Positions 14,361 to 28,000 of a DNA stretch of 64,000 nucleotides are shown in pieces. Source of the stretch: Heterodontus francisci. Its lineage: Eukaryota. A program made the translations under genes and the position numbers. The stretch covers positions 31,382,437-31,446,436 of the forward strand of contig NC_090409.1 of assembly GCF_036365525.1 (NCBI RefSeq), given 5' to 3'. The notes beneath the pieces are model-generated. The model did not search any database. It was not told where the DNA came from and saw nothing but the letters and a program-made list of their open reading frames with translations. The number at the start of each line of letters is the position of its first letter. Positions within the stretch are counted from its first letter, which is position 1.

Positions 14361-15813
14361 GCCAGGTATATGATATATAGACGGGGAGATACATGATAGA
14401 TGATAGACAGATGACACAGAGGTGTAGGTAGATTGACTGACGAGTAATTAAGCAGAATGAATCATACCTCTGTAGTTCACGAGATACCGACTGTTCCCCT
14501 AAGTTCAGACCCTGTGAGAAGTGGTCACAATGAGTGAGATTTGCACTTGAAATAGTATGCGTGTTCCACTTACCATGTAAGTATAGTTCAAGTTAGATAA
14601 ATCCTGGAACATAAAGTTCAGACAGTTTACTACAGGTACGTTCAGAAATTGGCATCGACAGAAAGGAAAAGACAAGCGGGCAATGTATCCATGGAAACAG
14701 ACACGTAAAATGTGGCCAACACTTCAACCGTTCATCAGCTTCAACTGACAGTAAATAACAGGTGAGATCATTGAATCTTGAAATCACACAGCACTGACGT
14801 GTGCTTGTCAGCCCATCGAGCCTGTGCTAGCTTTTAGGAAGTGTATCCAATTAGTCTCACTCCCCTACTCTTTCTCCAAAGCCTTGCTCATTTTTCCTCT
14901 TGAACTATTTCTCCAATTCCCTTTTGAAAGTTGAATCTGAATCTGCTTCCACCGCCCTTTCAGGAATGCAGGGTTCAGATCTCAACAACATGGTGCTTCG
15001 AGGTAGCTCCCACAACATCTTACTGGCTTGTCTGTCACTTATCTTAATTTAAAGTGAAAGGTTTGATGAGGAGCGTGGGATAAATTAATGCAGGGTTGGA
15101 TTATCTGTTCAATTTTCTGCCTTTGAAGAGGAACGTTAGCAGATGGTCCCTCTGAAAGCATAAAATAGGACACTTGTATCGTTGCACATTCGTGTTCTAC
15201 CTAATGCAAGCCAGGAATACACTGATGTAAGCCAGCTCATCAATCGTGATGCGATGCGCAGACACAAAATATTGCAGATAATGGAAATCCGAAATAAAAG
15301 GGAACAGAAAATGCCAGAAATATTCAGCCGCCCAGGCAGCATCTGTGGAGGGAGCAACACATTTCAGGCCATTCAGCAGAATCGTTACCAACTGTCCAAA
15401 AGATTAGGAGCGGTGCTTATCATTTGGAACTGTTCAGCTCAGTGTTGAGTCCAAAAAGGTTCTAAATTGCCTAATGGAAAAATGAGGTGCTGTTCCCCGA
15501 GCTTACACTGAGCTTCATTCCAGCAGTGGAGGAGGCCGAGGGTAGAGAGATCAGAGCGGGAGTGGGGTGGAGAATTAAAATGACAGGCCAACAGGAAGCT
15601 CAGGACTGAACGTGGGTGTTGTCGGTGTCGTGAGCAGCGGAAACCAATATGCTAAATAGAAAGTAACTGATCGGGCGGAAAGTGAAAGCGTGAGATGAGA
15701 AGAGTCAGGAAGCTGAATGATGCAGTGGTATGACTAGTAAAGAGCTGCAATGTGTTGAAAGGCCTGTACTTGTGTATGTATTTGATTTCTCCTTTCACTT
15801 TGCAATAGCTTAC

Positions 15814-15949
15814 CTGCTGATTTGTATTGTACTGATCAATAGAACGATGAGAAACACAACAAGAGCAATTGGCTCTTAATCAACTCCTAATACTACACAT
15901 GGGATGATTATGTATCTCTCTGAATTCTTGGCCGGGTCTGCAGGAACAC
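15814..15949 (-). pseudogene. Possible decayed transmembrane exon of an antisense receptor gene: (G)VPADPAKNSERYIIIPCVVLGVD*EPIALVVFLIVLLISTIQIS
   Basis: Minus-strand ctcctaatcttttctccag acceptor and CAG|gtaagc donor flank a 136-nt hydrophobic reading frame with one in-frame TAA. Confidence 0.4.
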
Positions 15950-16272
15950 CTGGAGAAAAGATTAGGAGGCAGAGAACAGCAAAGGATATAAATTGCAAAA
16001 AATAAATCTCCTTTATGTGTGGACCTCCTGTCCATAACCTTGCTTCTGTGCTCAACATTTCTGTCTAACACTTACTGGGCTGTGCAGTTCTCCTACACCA
16101 TTTCTGAGGAAGGAATTAGGCTCTGGCTGTGATAAATTGTGATAGTTTATGCACCTGAAACCAAACCCCGGAGGTGGTTCGAGTGAGTGTTGCACCCACA
16201 TTTCATTTAATGAGCCGACACGAATCATTGGGCAGCTATTTCCAAGACACTGCTTGGCCACAAACGCGCCAG

Positions 16273-17460
16273 AGAATCATAGAATGGTTACAGAGCAGAA
16301 GGAGGCCACTCAGCCCATCCCACCTGTACCATCTCTCTGCAAGAGCAACTCAGCTAGCCCCCACCCTTTCCACGCAGCCCTGCACATTTTCCTCTTAAGG
16401 TACCGATTTCCTATTTATAGCCAGGATTGAATCTGACTCCACCACAACCTCAGGCACGGTCTTCCACATACTCAACACTCGCTATGGCGGGGGGGGGGGG
16501 GGGGGGGAGGGGGGGGGGTGTTTTTCTCGCGTTATTTGCCATTCACCTTAGATCGGTCTCCTGTGCGTCACCGCCCTTCCGCCAATGGGAACAGTTTCTC
16601 ACTATCTACTCTGTCCAGGGTCTTCGTGATTTTGAACTCCCCCACCCCCTCCCACCGCCCCATCAAATCACTGTGGAGGATGACCCCAGCTTCTCCAATC
16701 TATCCACGTAACTGAAGTTCCTCATTACTGGAACCATTTTCGTGAATCTTTTCTGCACCCTCTCTAATGCCTTCTCGTCCTCCCTAAAGTATGTTGCCCA
16801 GAATTGGACACAATACTCCACTGGCGGCCAAACCAGTATTTTATACAGGTTAACCATAACTTCCTTGCTTTTGTACTCTATGCTTCTGTTTATAAAGCCC
16901 AGGATTCCATATACCATTAACGACTTCTTCAACCTGCCCTGCTACCTTCAATGATTAGTGCACATATACCCCAGCTCTCTCTGTTTTGGCACCCTCTTCA
17001 GAATTATATCCTTTAGTTTGCATTCCTTTCCTCATTATTCCTACCAAAAAGCATCACTTCACACTCCTCTGCATTACGTTTCACCTGCCATGTCTCCACC
17101 CATCCCACCAACCGGGCCATGTCCCTTTGAAGCTTATCACTGTCCTCCTCACAGTTCGCAATGCTTCCAAGTTTTGTATCATCCACAGATTTTTAAATTG
17201 CGCCTTGTACACCCAAGTCTAGGTCATTAATGTATATCAAAAAATTAAACATTGGCCCTAATACTGATCCCTGGGGAACGTCACCTTCCTCCAGTCTGAA
17301 AAACAACCGTTCACCACTACTCTCTGTTTCTTGTCACTCAGCCAACTTCGTAACCATGGTGCCCCTGTCCCGCTTCTTCTATGGGCTTTAACTGTGCTGA
17401 CAAGCCTGTTATGTGACACCTTTTGAAAGTCCATACCTACCATATCAAACGCATTGCCCT
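16273..17460 (-). mobile_element. CR1 LINE, 5'-truncated and degraded
   Basis: Minus-strand ORFs with CR1 RT/C-terminal motifs (MDFQK..HNRL, EYCVQFW, LERVQKRFTKM). Confidence 0.85.
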
Positions 17461-18529
17461 TGTGAAAGCGCAAAATCTATTGGACTCACAGACTTGTCTT
17501 CAACTGCATATATTGTAGATCACAGTTTCTGTCAAGCCAGTTAGGTGCTCAGTCCGACTGGGAACGGGTGTCACAGCTGTGTATCGGCACATCTGATATT
17601 CCCATTATCTATTGACAGGGAAATTGGTGCCCTGTAGGTAGATAGACAGATAAAGAAAGATAGCACTTTTGGCAAAATTGGATTGAGTGTCGCACCAAGG
17701 AGTCCCCCAAAAGTGTTCAGGTGGAAGGGAGCAGGTTTCAATGGAGTGAAGGAGAAACTCCTCAGCTGTCGGTGACGTACAGGAGATTTAGGGCGATGAC
17801 GGAAGCCGTCAGAGGCCAATCATCAACAACCTGGGACGTCACTGCAAGCCTTCCTGAGAGCAACCTCGCGGGCCCAATTATGCCTCATCATTAACTGTCC
17901 CTCAGTGATAAGACAGGAGTTGGGCCATTCACTGGCGATTCTACAGCAGTAGTTTGACAAGTGAAAAGTAATGGCGAGGCCTCAGGGAAAGACCACGTCG
18001 GGGAAGAGGGAGTACAATGATCTCCCTCTATGTGTCAGAGTATCGGAGTGACTGGAGATGTGACTTGTGGTAAGAGTAGCAATACAAGGAGGAACAGGTA
18101 ACTGGTTACCATAGCTCTGTTCACCAATGGGGGTTTCCTCATGTTATATCTCTATCTGATGTAGACTAACTGATAGAAATTGATTACTATAAGTTAACAA
18201 CTCCATTATATTTGTGCAATGAGATGATCAGGATGATAGAAGATGATGTAAATGGACCTGGGCGATTCTTCTCATCTGACAATTCCTATCCTCCAATGTA
18301 CAAAAATGTCAAATGCAACCACAACGCAATTGGTAACTAATTATCTGATTGTATTATATGTACAAATTGCCGTCAATGTGAAACATTAGAAGTCATTAAC
18401 CCGCCTCTCCCCCCATCCCAAAGCCGTATATTTGTAACATTTCCATACCGATTAATGTTCAGTTGATCAAGTCGTGATGAATAATACATACCGAGAATTC
18501 TTAAAGGTATTCATTTAGTGATTATTCCC

Positions 18530-21512
18530 TGAGACAATGAGGACAGCTAGTGAAATAAATGAGGAGGACATAATAAATACAGCGAGTAAGACTGAGAGGA
18601 AGAGCAGGCAGGGAGATGTTGCAGAGCACAGCGGGACTGGTGGTCTGAAGTGCATTTGTTTCAATGCGAGAAGTATAACAGGTAAGGCAGATGAACTTAG
18701 AGCTTGGATTAGTACTTGGAAATATGATGTTGTTGCTATTACAGAGACTTGGTTGAAGGAAGGGCAGGATTGGCAGCTAAATGTTCCAGGCTTTAGAAGC
18801 TTCAAAAAAGGATAGAGGGGGATGTAAAAGAGGTGGAGGAGTTGCATTAATGGTTAAGGAGAATATCACAGCTGTACTGCGGGAGGACACCTCAGAGGGG
18901 TCATGCAGCGAGGCAATATGGGTGGAGCTCAAGAATAGGAAGGGTGCAGTCACGATGTTGGGGGTTTACTACAGGCCTCCCAACAGCCAGTGGGAGGTAG
19001 AGGAGCAGATATGTAGACAGATTTTGGAAAGATGTAAAGGTAACAGGGTTGTGGTGGTGGGTGATTTTAACTTCCCTGATATTGACTGGGACTCACTTAG
19101 TGCTAGGGGCTTGGATGGGCAGAATTTGTGAGGAGCATCCAGGAGGGCTTCTTGAAACAGTATGTAGATAGTCCAACTAGGGATGTGGCCATTCTGGACC
19201 TGGTATTGGGGAATGAGCCCGGCCAGGTGGTCGAAGTTTCAGTGGGGGAGCATTTCGGGACCAGTGACCATAATTCCATAAGTTTTAAGGTACTTGTGGA
19301 TAAGGATAAGAGTCGTACTCGGGTGAAGGTGCTACATTGGGGGAAGGCTAATTATAACAATATTAGGCAGGAACTGAAGAATTTAGATTGGGGGCGGCTG
19401 TTTGATGGTAAATAAACATCTGACATGTGGGAGTCTTTCAAACGTCAGCTGATTAGAATCCAGGACCAGCATGTTCCTGTGAGGAAGAAAGACAAGTTTG
19501 GCAAGTTTCGGGAAGCTTGGATATCATGGGGTATTGTGAGCCTCGTCAAAAAGAAAAAGGAAGCATTTATAAGGGCTGGAAGGCTAGGAACAGATGAAGC
19601 ACTTGAGGAATATAAAGACAGTAGGAAGGAACTTAAGCAAGGAGGTAGGAGGGCTAAAAGGGGTCATGAAAAGTCATTGGCAAACAGGATTAAGGAAAAT
19701 CCCAAGGCTTTTTATACATATATAAAGAGCAAGAGGGTAACCAGGGAAAGGGTTGGCCCACTCAAGGACAGAGATGGGAATCTATGTGTGGAGCCAGAGG
19801 AAATGGGCAAGGTGTTAAATGAGTACTTTGAATCAGTATTCACCAAAGAGAAGGACTTGGTGGATGATGAGCCAAGGGAAGGGAGTGCAGATAGTCTCAG
19901 TCATCTCAGTATCAAAAAGGAGGAGGTGTTGGGTGTCTTGCAAAGCATTAAGGTAGATAAGTCCCCAGGGCCTGATGGGATCTAAGCTAGAATACTGAGG
20001 GAGTTAAAGGAAGAAATTGCTGGGGCCTTGACAGAAATCTTTGCATCCTCATTGGCTACAGGTGAGGTCCCAGAGGACTGGAGACCAACAATGTTGTTCC
20101 TTTGTTTAAGAAGGGTAGCAAGGATAATCCAGGAAATTATAGGCCGGTGAGCCTTACGTCAGTGGTAGGGAAACTATTAGAGAGGATTATTCAGGACAGG
20201 ACTTACTCCCATTTCGAAGCAAATGAACTTATTAGCGAGAGACAGCATGATTTTGTGAAGGGGAGGTCGTGTCTCACTAATTTGATTGAGTTTTTTGAGG
20301 AAGTGACGAAGATGCTTGATGAAGGAAGGGCAGTGGATGTTATCTATATGGACTTTAGTAAAGCCTTTGACAAGGTCCAGCATGGCAGACTGGTACAAAA
20401 GGTGAAGTCACATGGGATCAGAGGTGAGCTGGCAAGATGGATACAGAACTGGCTCGGTCATAGAGGACAGAGGGTAGCAGTGGAAGGGTGCTTTTCTGAA
20501 TGGAGGGCTGTGACTAGTGGTGTTCCGCAGGGATCAGTGCTGGGACCTTTGCTGTTTGTAGTATATATAAATGATTTGGAGGAAAATGTAGCTGGTCTGA
20601 TTAGTAAGTTTGCGGACAACACAAAGGTTGGTGGAGTTGCAGATAGTGATGAGGATTGTCAGAGGACACAGCAGGATATAGATCGGTTGGAGACTTGGGC
20701 GGAGAAATGGCAGAGTTTAATCCGGACAAATGTGAGGTAATGCATTTTGGAAGGTCTAATGCAGGTGGGAGGGATACAGTAAATGGCAGAACCCTTAGGA
20801 GTATTGACAGGCAGAGAGATCTGGGCGTACAGGTCCACAGGTCACTGAAAGTGGCAACGCAGGTGGATAAGGTAGTCAAGAAGGCATACGGCATGCTTGC
20901 CTTCATTGGTCGGGGCATAGAGTATAAAAATTGGCAAGTCATGTTGCAGCTGTACAGAACCTTAGTTAGGCAACACTTAGAATATTGCGTGCAATTCTGG
21001 TCGCTACACTACCAGAAGGACGTGGAGGCTTTGGAGAGGGTACAGAGGAGGTTTACCAGGATGATGCCTGCATCAGCTATGAGGAGAGGTTGGAAAAACT
21101 CGGATTGTTTTCACTGGAATGACGGAGGTGGAGGGGCGACATGATAACGGTTTACAAAGTTATGAGCAGCATGGACAGAGTGGATTGTCAGAAGCTTTTT
21201 CCCAGGGTGGAAGAGTCAGTTACTAGGGGACATAGGTTTAAGGTGAGAGGGGCAAAGTTTAGAGGGGATGTGCGAGGCAAGTTTTTTACACAGAGGGTGG
21301 TGAGTGCCTGGAACTTGCTGCCAGGGGAGGTGGCGGAAGCAGATACGATAGCGACGTTTAAGAGGCGTCTTGACAAATACATGAATAGGAAGGGAGTAGA
21401 GGGATATGGGCCCCAGAAGTGAAGAAGGTGTTTGTTTAGCCAGGCATCAAGATCGGCGCAGGCTTGGAGGGCCGAATGGCCTGTTCCTGTGCTGTACTGT
21501 TCTTTGTTCTTT
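18530..21512 (+). mobile_element. CR1 LINE, near-full ORF2 (APE endonuclease + RT) broken by frameshifts and stops
   Basis: CFNARSI, ITETWL, YRPP, GDFN, SDHN (APE); NYRPVSLTS, YMDFSKAFDKV, GVPQGSVLGP, KFADNT (RT); 3' UTR ending in (gttcttt)n. Confidence 0.95.
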
Positions 21513-21924
21513 GTTTGTTCTTTGAAGTCACTTTCCATTTCTCCCCATCCCTTTGCCATTTTCTGTTTAAATGCTTGAGGCAAGGTGTACATTGCTCCCT
21601 ATGTTCCAGCTCTTGTAATGAGAATTCTCACTATTCAATGCCTGTCACACCACTAGTCCACCTCCTGCTCCATTGAATAAAGACAGGACAAACTGTTTTT
21701 TTTTTAAGCAGGATTCAGCAAAGAGATCATCTGCAGTTGATTGATGAAAATGTTCCAACTGTAGTGTCGGTGTCTTTGGAGATAATTGAGAAAATGATTG
21801 TTGTTGATTGTAACTCGACAGATCCTACCTCTTTGGCATCACTTTTTTTCTTTTTTGCAGTCATGAAAATGTGCTGCCAGGAAATGAATGGTGGCTGAAG
21901 GACAGTCCTGGTCTTCAGTGGTCA

Positions 21925-22470
21925 GAGAATCATTACAGTGCAGAAGCAGGCCATTCGGCCCATCGGGATCACACCGGCTCTCTGAAAGAGCACCTCCCTC
22001 ACTTCCATTCCCCTGCCTTCTCCCCATGATCCTGCACATTCTTCCTTTCTATTATAACTGTCTCATTCCCTTTTCAATACTTTAAGCATTAAACAAGCCT
22101 CCATTACATTCACACGCAGGGCATTCCAGACCTTAACCACCAGCTGCCTGAAAAGGTTTCTCCTCATGTCACTTTTGCTTAAATACTTTAAATCTGTGCC
22201 GTCTCATTCTCAATCCTTTCATGAGCGGGAATGGTTTCTCTCGATCTACTCTGTCCAGATCCCTCATGATTTTGAACACCTCTATCAAATCACCTCTCAG
22301 CCTTCTCTTCTCCAAGGAAAACAGTTCTAACTTCTCCATCTATCTTCATAACTGAAATTCCTCATCCCTGGAACCATTCTCATGAATCTTTTCTGTATTC
22401 TCTCTGATGATCTCATATCTTTCCTCACGTATGGCACCCAGAATTGGACGCAATACTCCAGCTGAGTCTG
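21925..22470 (-). mobile_element. CR1 3' fragment
   Basis: QLEYCVQFW...RIQKRFMRMVPG on the minus strand plus CR1 3' UTR. Confidence 0.75.
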
Positions 22471-22652
22471 TTTAGGCTGCTGCCTGGTCACACCGATTAC
22501 CCAAAAATTGCCAGCTTCCATTTCTTATGCACTGATATTACACACTGACTGATCTCAGTGGGCCCGTTTGCCCGGATTCACATTGTCTGATAACACTGGA
22601 CCGATCCTCATTGGGGCACAGATTGCTAAATCACATTGCATTCTTCCTCCAA

Positions 22653-22909
22653 GGGTTACACACTCTCTGATCTCACTGGGCCCATCCAATCTGGATTACA
22701 CACTGTCTGATCTCACTGGGCCCATCCAATCTGGGTTACACACTGTCTGATCTCACTGTGCCCATCCATTCTGGATTACACACTGTCTGATCTCACTGGG
22801 CCCATCCAATCTGGGTTACACACTGTCTGATCTCACTGTGTCCATCCAATCTGGGTTACACACTGTCTGAATTCACAGGGCCCATCCATTCTGGGTTACA
22901 CACTGTCTG
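22653..22909. repeat. 40-bp tandem repeat (CTGGGTTACACACTGTCTGATCTCACTGGGCCCATCCAAT), ~6.5 copies, with diverged units upstream from ~22535
   Basis: Directly visible 40-nt periodicity. Confidence 0.9.
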
Positions 22910-23379
22910 TGTGTTCAGTTTGAAGTTTTTTCTTAAACTTTCTGTGGAAGTCCGATTACTTGAGACTTCTGTATTTTTACTCACAGCTGAAAAGTACCAT
23001 TGTCTGAAAACTGCAGAATAATCTTCTTAACTCCCACCATCAGATCATCTTCTGTGTAATGAACCGATTCAACCCTATTCTCTTGGGTTTGCAACTCAGA
23101 GCGCCCTTTGCATTCTGACCTGGATCAGCTCATTACCTGGTTTTTTTAGAGAAACAGCAATATTTACAAAACAGAAGCAGGCCATTTAGCCTGTTGTATC
23201 CGTACTGGCTGGAAAATAGCAATGCAGTTTCATTGAAACTCCTAGCTCTTGGTCCATAGCCCTGTTAGTTAGAGCAGCTGAAATGTGTATCCAGGTAAAT
23301 TTTCAGATGTGAGGTTTTCTGCCTCAGAAACTTACTCAAAAATCAACTGCTCTCCGCTGGTCTGTTCGGATTTCACCAA

Positions 23380-24660
23380 AACTAGTCATCCCCAGCCCTC
23401 AGCAGAGCTTTGGCCAAAGCATAAACAAAAAATTCTGAATTGCTGAGGTGAGATTAGCATGACTGTCCTTGATCTCAAGGCAACATCTGACTGAGTGTAG
23501 CATCAAGTATCTACAGTAAAATTAAAGTCAGTGGGAATTGGTGAAAACTCTGCACTGCTTGGAGTCAGACCTAGCACAAAGGAAGATATTTATTGCTGTT
23601 GGATGACAGTTATTTATATCCCTAGTGCGTCGCTCTGTGAGTTCCTCAGAGACTTGCACTCAGCCCGAACATCTCCAGCTGTTTCATCAATGACCTTCCC
23701 TCCATCATAAGGTCAGAGTGGAGATGTGCGCTGATAATTGTAGTCCCTGCTTGCAGGAAGTAAAACCTGCACAACATTTAGGCTTCGGCTGAAAAGTGGA
23801 AAGTAACATTTGTGTCACAAAAGTGCCAGGCAATGACCATCTTCAAAGTGAGAAACTAACCATCGGCTCTTGCAATCAGTGAAACTACTGAAAATGTGAA
23901 GGGATAAAGAACTTCAGATACTTGGAATAGGTTGGAGAAGCTGTGCCTGTTCTCCTTGGAGAAAAGAAGATTAGGAGGGATATGATCGAGGTGTTTAAAA
24001 TCATGAGGGGCCTTGCAGAGTCATTAGGAGAAACTGTTCCCATTGGCCAAAAAAATCCAGAACCAGAGGGCGATTGGCAAAAGAATCAGAAGCAAAAGGA
24101 GGCAAAACGTTTTTACACAGATAGTAGTTAGGATCTGGAATGCTCCGCCTGAGAATGTTGTGGAGGAAGCTTGAATCGAGGCCTTAAAGAGGGAATATCT
24201 GAAGGGGAAAAGTTACAGGACTTTGGGGAAAAGGCTGGGGATTGAGGAGGTGAGTTGCTCTTGCAGAGAGCTAGCACAGACACAACTGGCTTCCTTCCAT
24301 GCTGTAACTATTAAAAATACCATTAAGGAATCCCCCCCACCATCAAATCCTTGGGGACACCATTGACCAGAAACATAACTAGAACCGGCAGATGAATACT
24401 GTGATTACAAGATCAGGTCACAGGCCGGGTATTCTGCGGCAGGTGATTCACCTCCTGACTCCAAGCCACACACCTTTCATTCACTGTCGCTGGGTCAAAA
24501 TCCTGGAGCTCCCTTCCTAACAGCACTGCAGACATACCATCACAACATAAACTGCAGCCGTTCAAGAAGATGGCTCACTACCACCTCCTCATGGACAATT
24601 AGGAATGATCAACAAAAGCTGCAGTTTCCAGACACCCACATCCCGTGAATGAATAACACA
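23380..24660 (+). mobile_element. Degraded CR1/L2-group LINE interrupted by a CR1 3' fragment (~23890-24310)
   Basis: Similar to the minus-strand element at 38745-43437 (tcaatgaccttccctccatcataaggtcag; ctgggtcaaaatcctgg...; 3' end cacatcccgtgaatgaataa). Confidence 0.65.
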
Positions 24661-27600
24661 ATTTCTCACTGGTTTAGAACCACAGGGTCTGGTCACTGCT
24701 GTACTGATATCTCAGCATCCTTTGGTACTGATTTATAGTGATACACTATTTACCTGGACACTGGTGTTCTGCTACTCAATTGCTCGATAAATCTGTTTCC
24801 GTGTGTTAATGCCTATTGGGCTTCTGTCTGCCCAAATGTAACTTTCATCTCTGATTTGTGTTTTGTGCTTGACGTAGGTGTGGTTTCTTCTTCATTTGCA
24901 AGAAATTCACTCACTCACAAGCTTGAGGATAATTTAAACCATGATTAATAAACTAAATTCGTTTTGATCTGAACCGGGTTAAATTCCACATAGATGGTGA
25001 ACGGAGCCAGGTATCATTCATCCCTCCACCACACCCAGCCGCTCCCCCAATAATCCCGGACAATTCCTTCATCAGGAATTAAAGGAGGGAATGCAGGATG
25101 CATCGGATTTCTCAATGTTCGTCATTCAGGATACCAAAACTCAGCTTTGTTACAACATGATCTGCCCGATTTAAGATAAAACTTGAATTCACAGGACTGG
25201 ATGTTCCATGCACGTGATGCGTATGAGGGCCCGGTAAATATAATATACCTCGAATTGTTCTATTTGAACTTCAGTAAAGCACAGCTGACTGAACTCAGGG
25301 TTTTCTTTTTAATTTATTAAAGTAGGGACAGGTGCCACAGACTATCCCATTACAAACTGTTAGGGTAAATTTGCGAATTTCTAGAATAACGTTCAGTATT
25401 AGAATTCTCATTTTCTTCTTCTACACTGAAGTATATGTCGTGACAGGAATATTCCATTTCTAATTCCACATTTTGTACAACGTTATGATTGAACTCCTTG
25501 TCACAGTGATGAATTTGTGTAAAGGACTTTGTCCATCCCCCCCCCCCCCCCCCCCTCATTATCTTCAAACCTACTTTTACCGGAAGGAATCCTGTGTTCT
25601 ATTGACATCAAGCACGATTTGGTATAATTTGTTCAAAATTTCAACGGGGATGGCGGCATCTTCGAAAAAAGATGAAAATCGTCACATTAGTAACACTATA
25701 AAACCATTGATATGTTCTGTGTGGGATTAGGTATTTTGATGTTGTCTGTATGTACTGGGTTGTTGGATTATAGAACTGTCCTCTTTCCACCAACATTTAC
25801 TTTTCCTGCTTCAAACGCACATCGAATTTCCCCATAACTATTCTCTGAAGCAAAATATTCTATTCTCCAACAATCTTTCTGCTAACTTCTCTGCTCACTC
25901 CCTTTGTGATCATGTTATGTTAATTATCTTTACCACTGACGAACCAACTAGGCAGAATAATCTCCCTCTCTTCATTTTACCAAAATTGCTCATAATGTTA
26001 AAACCTGCATTCAATTTCTCTTAGTTTTCTCTCCTCCAGTGCATACAGATACCATATCCTGGTTCTCGCCATCAGTAGGGTTCTGATCCCTGGCACCATC
26101 CTGGTGTATCTGATCTCTATATTTAATGGTCTTTCCAAAATGAGGAGATCGAAGCTTCACCTGGTATCCTAACGGTGGCCCGAGCATCTTTTTGCAAAGA
26201 ATCATCATCACTGTTACTCTTGGATCTTTTCCAAAATGTTTGTTTTTTTTTTTTCTTGTGGTCTTTGCACCAGGAAATCCGTTTTCTCGGAAATGAGTAT
26301 TTGTGGCCCTGGAGCTTGTTGCTCACCCACACCCTTCAGCTCCTTTTCATTGAGAACCTGCTCCGAATTCTTTCACGTTCCTGGCAGATTGAAGAGAGAT
26401 GGCAGATGAACAATTTGTAACTGATTCAAAGTTCCTGGAATTTATTCAATTATTATTTGGAATACTATGCAACCGCATAATAACAGTACAATTTACCAAA
26501 ACGACTAATTGTGACTGTCTGCAGACGTTCTGCTCAACACTAACTACTTCAGTTTGACTTTTATTTTGAATTTCTGGCAGGGTTGTTTTTGCAGATAACT
26601 TTCTTTGAATGCAATATTTAATAGGTTTATAACCATTTATTCATTGCTACATTCCTTTAGCATTCAGTTACGGACACTGAGACAGAAAAGCAATGCTATT
26701 TCTCATGATACTGTTTTCGATAGCACAGAAAGAAGGCTCAACCTGTGATGAGTGGGAGACACCAGTCAGTGTACAATCGACATGTTAATTAAATATCTGG
26801 GGCAAAAGAGGTGAAACGCCACATTGATTTGTGTCTGACAGTTTCCTCCATTCGGAAACTTATCATGAGACAAGATCCCGGTTCCATTATCAATGAGGAA
26901 TGAGGATCAATATTCACAACAAACTTCTTATAATGTTATCAATATGGACGATCACAGGATGTTGCTTCCTCGCCAGATGAAGCCTTATTGATGAAATACG
27001 CTGCCGCTCCCGCCAGTATCTCGAATCTGTTACTCACATATCCAACTCCACTGCTGTTATTTTTGAAACAATTTACAGGAGTAAGTTATGTTTACTCAAT
27101 GAAGGAAGGGCGAAGAACGAATGTGACGAAGGTTTCAAACTTGCGACAAACAGTGCGCACAAGAGCGGATTCACTTTTCACATGACCGAAAAGAAGGAAG
27201 TTGAAATTGAGCTTCAGATTTGAACAAGCTTTCTGTAATTTTATCCGCATTTTCTAACTAATCTGAGAATGAATACCCAGAGAGATTTGAACACATTCTT
27301 CAGCTCTTCTCTGAATTTTCTCCGGGTTGCTACATAAATGCATGGGTTTTGAATGCAGCTCAAATACTTAAAGAAAGCTCCGGTTTCAAAGGCGATATAT
27401 CGAGGGGCTGTGTGGTCGCCTCGGTGATAAATGGTGTTTGTCAGTCTGGTTGCTTACGGCAGCTGTCAACCACAACAGTATAAAACAGCCCGAAACAGTG
27501 AACAAGAAAATAATGGATTTCCTGCGATTCTCACTCCTGTTACCCTGGAGTTTCCTGCGGGTTCTATTGGCCACTAAAATACGTCCAATGGTTAGACAAT

Positions 27601-28000
27601 TAAATGAGACAATTAAAGTAAAAGGGAGCCAGGCGCTGTGAAACCAGACCCACGCTGCACCGAGTGGTGAGGAAAAAAAAAATCCACACTTGCCCGACAG
27701 CCCCAGTGCACCTTGTTAATTATTTGCTGAGGTTCGTATGCAAATAAAAAGCGAATATTCTTGAAAAAAACTCAAGAAACAGAACACTTGTTATAACCAC
27801 GCCTGCAGTTCTTGCTGTGCAATATCTTGTTTTAAACTTCTGGAAGCAGACAGCTACAAATCGGTCAAATGTGAAGGAGACTGTGAACCAAACAGACAAA
27901 TCAAAGGTGACTGTACAGAGGTATATAATAACCCGACACACGGGAGTGTAAGACAGGAATGAAAATGGAAAGCGATAGCTGAAAATACGTAACACTGTTC

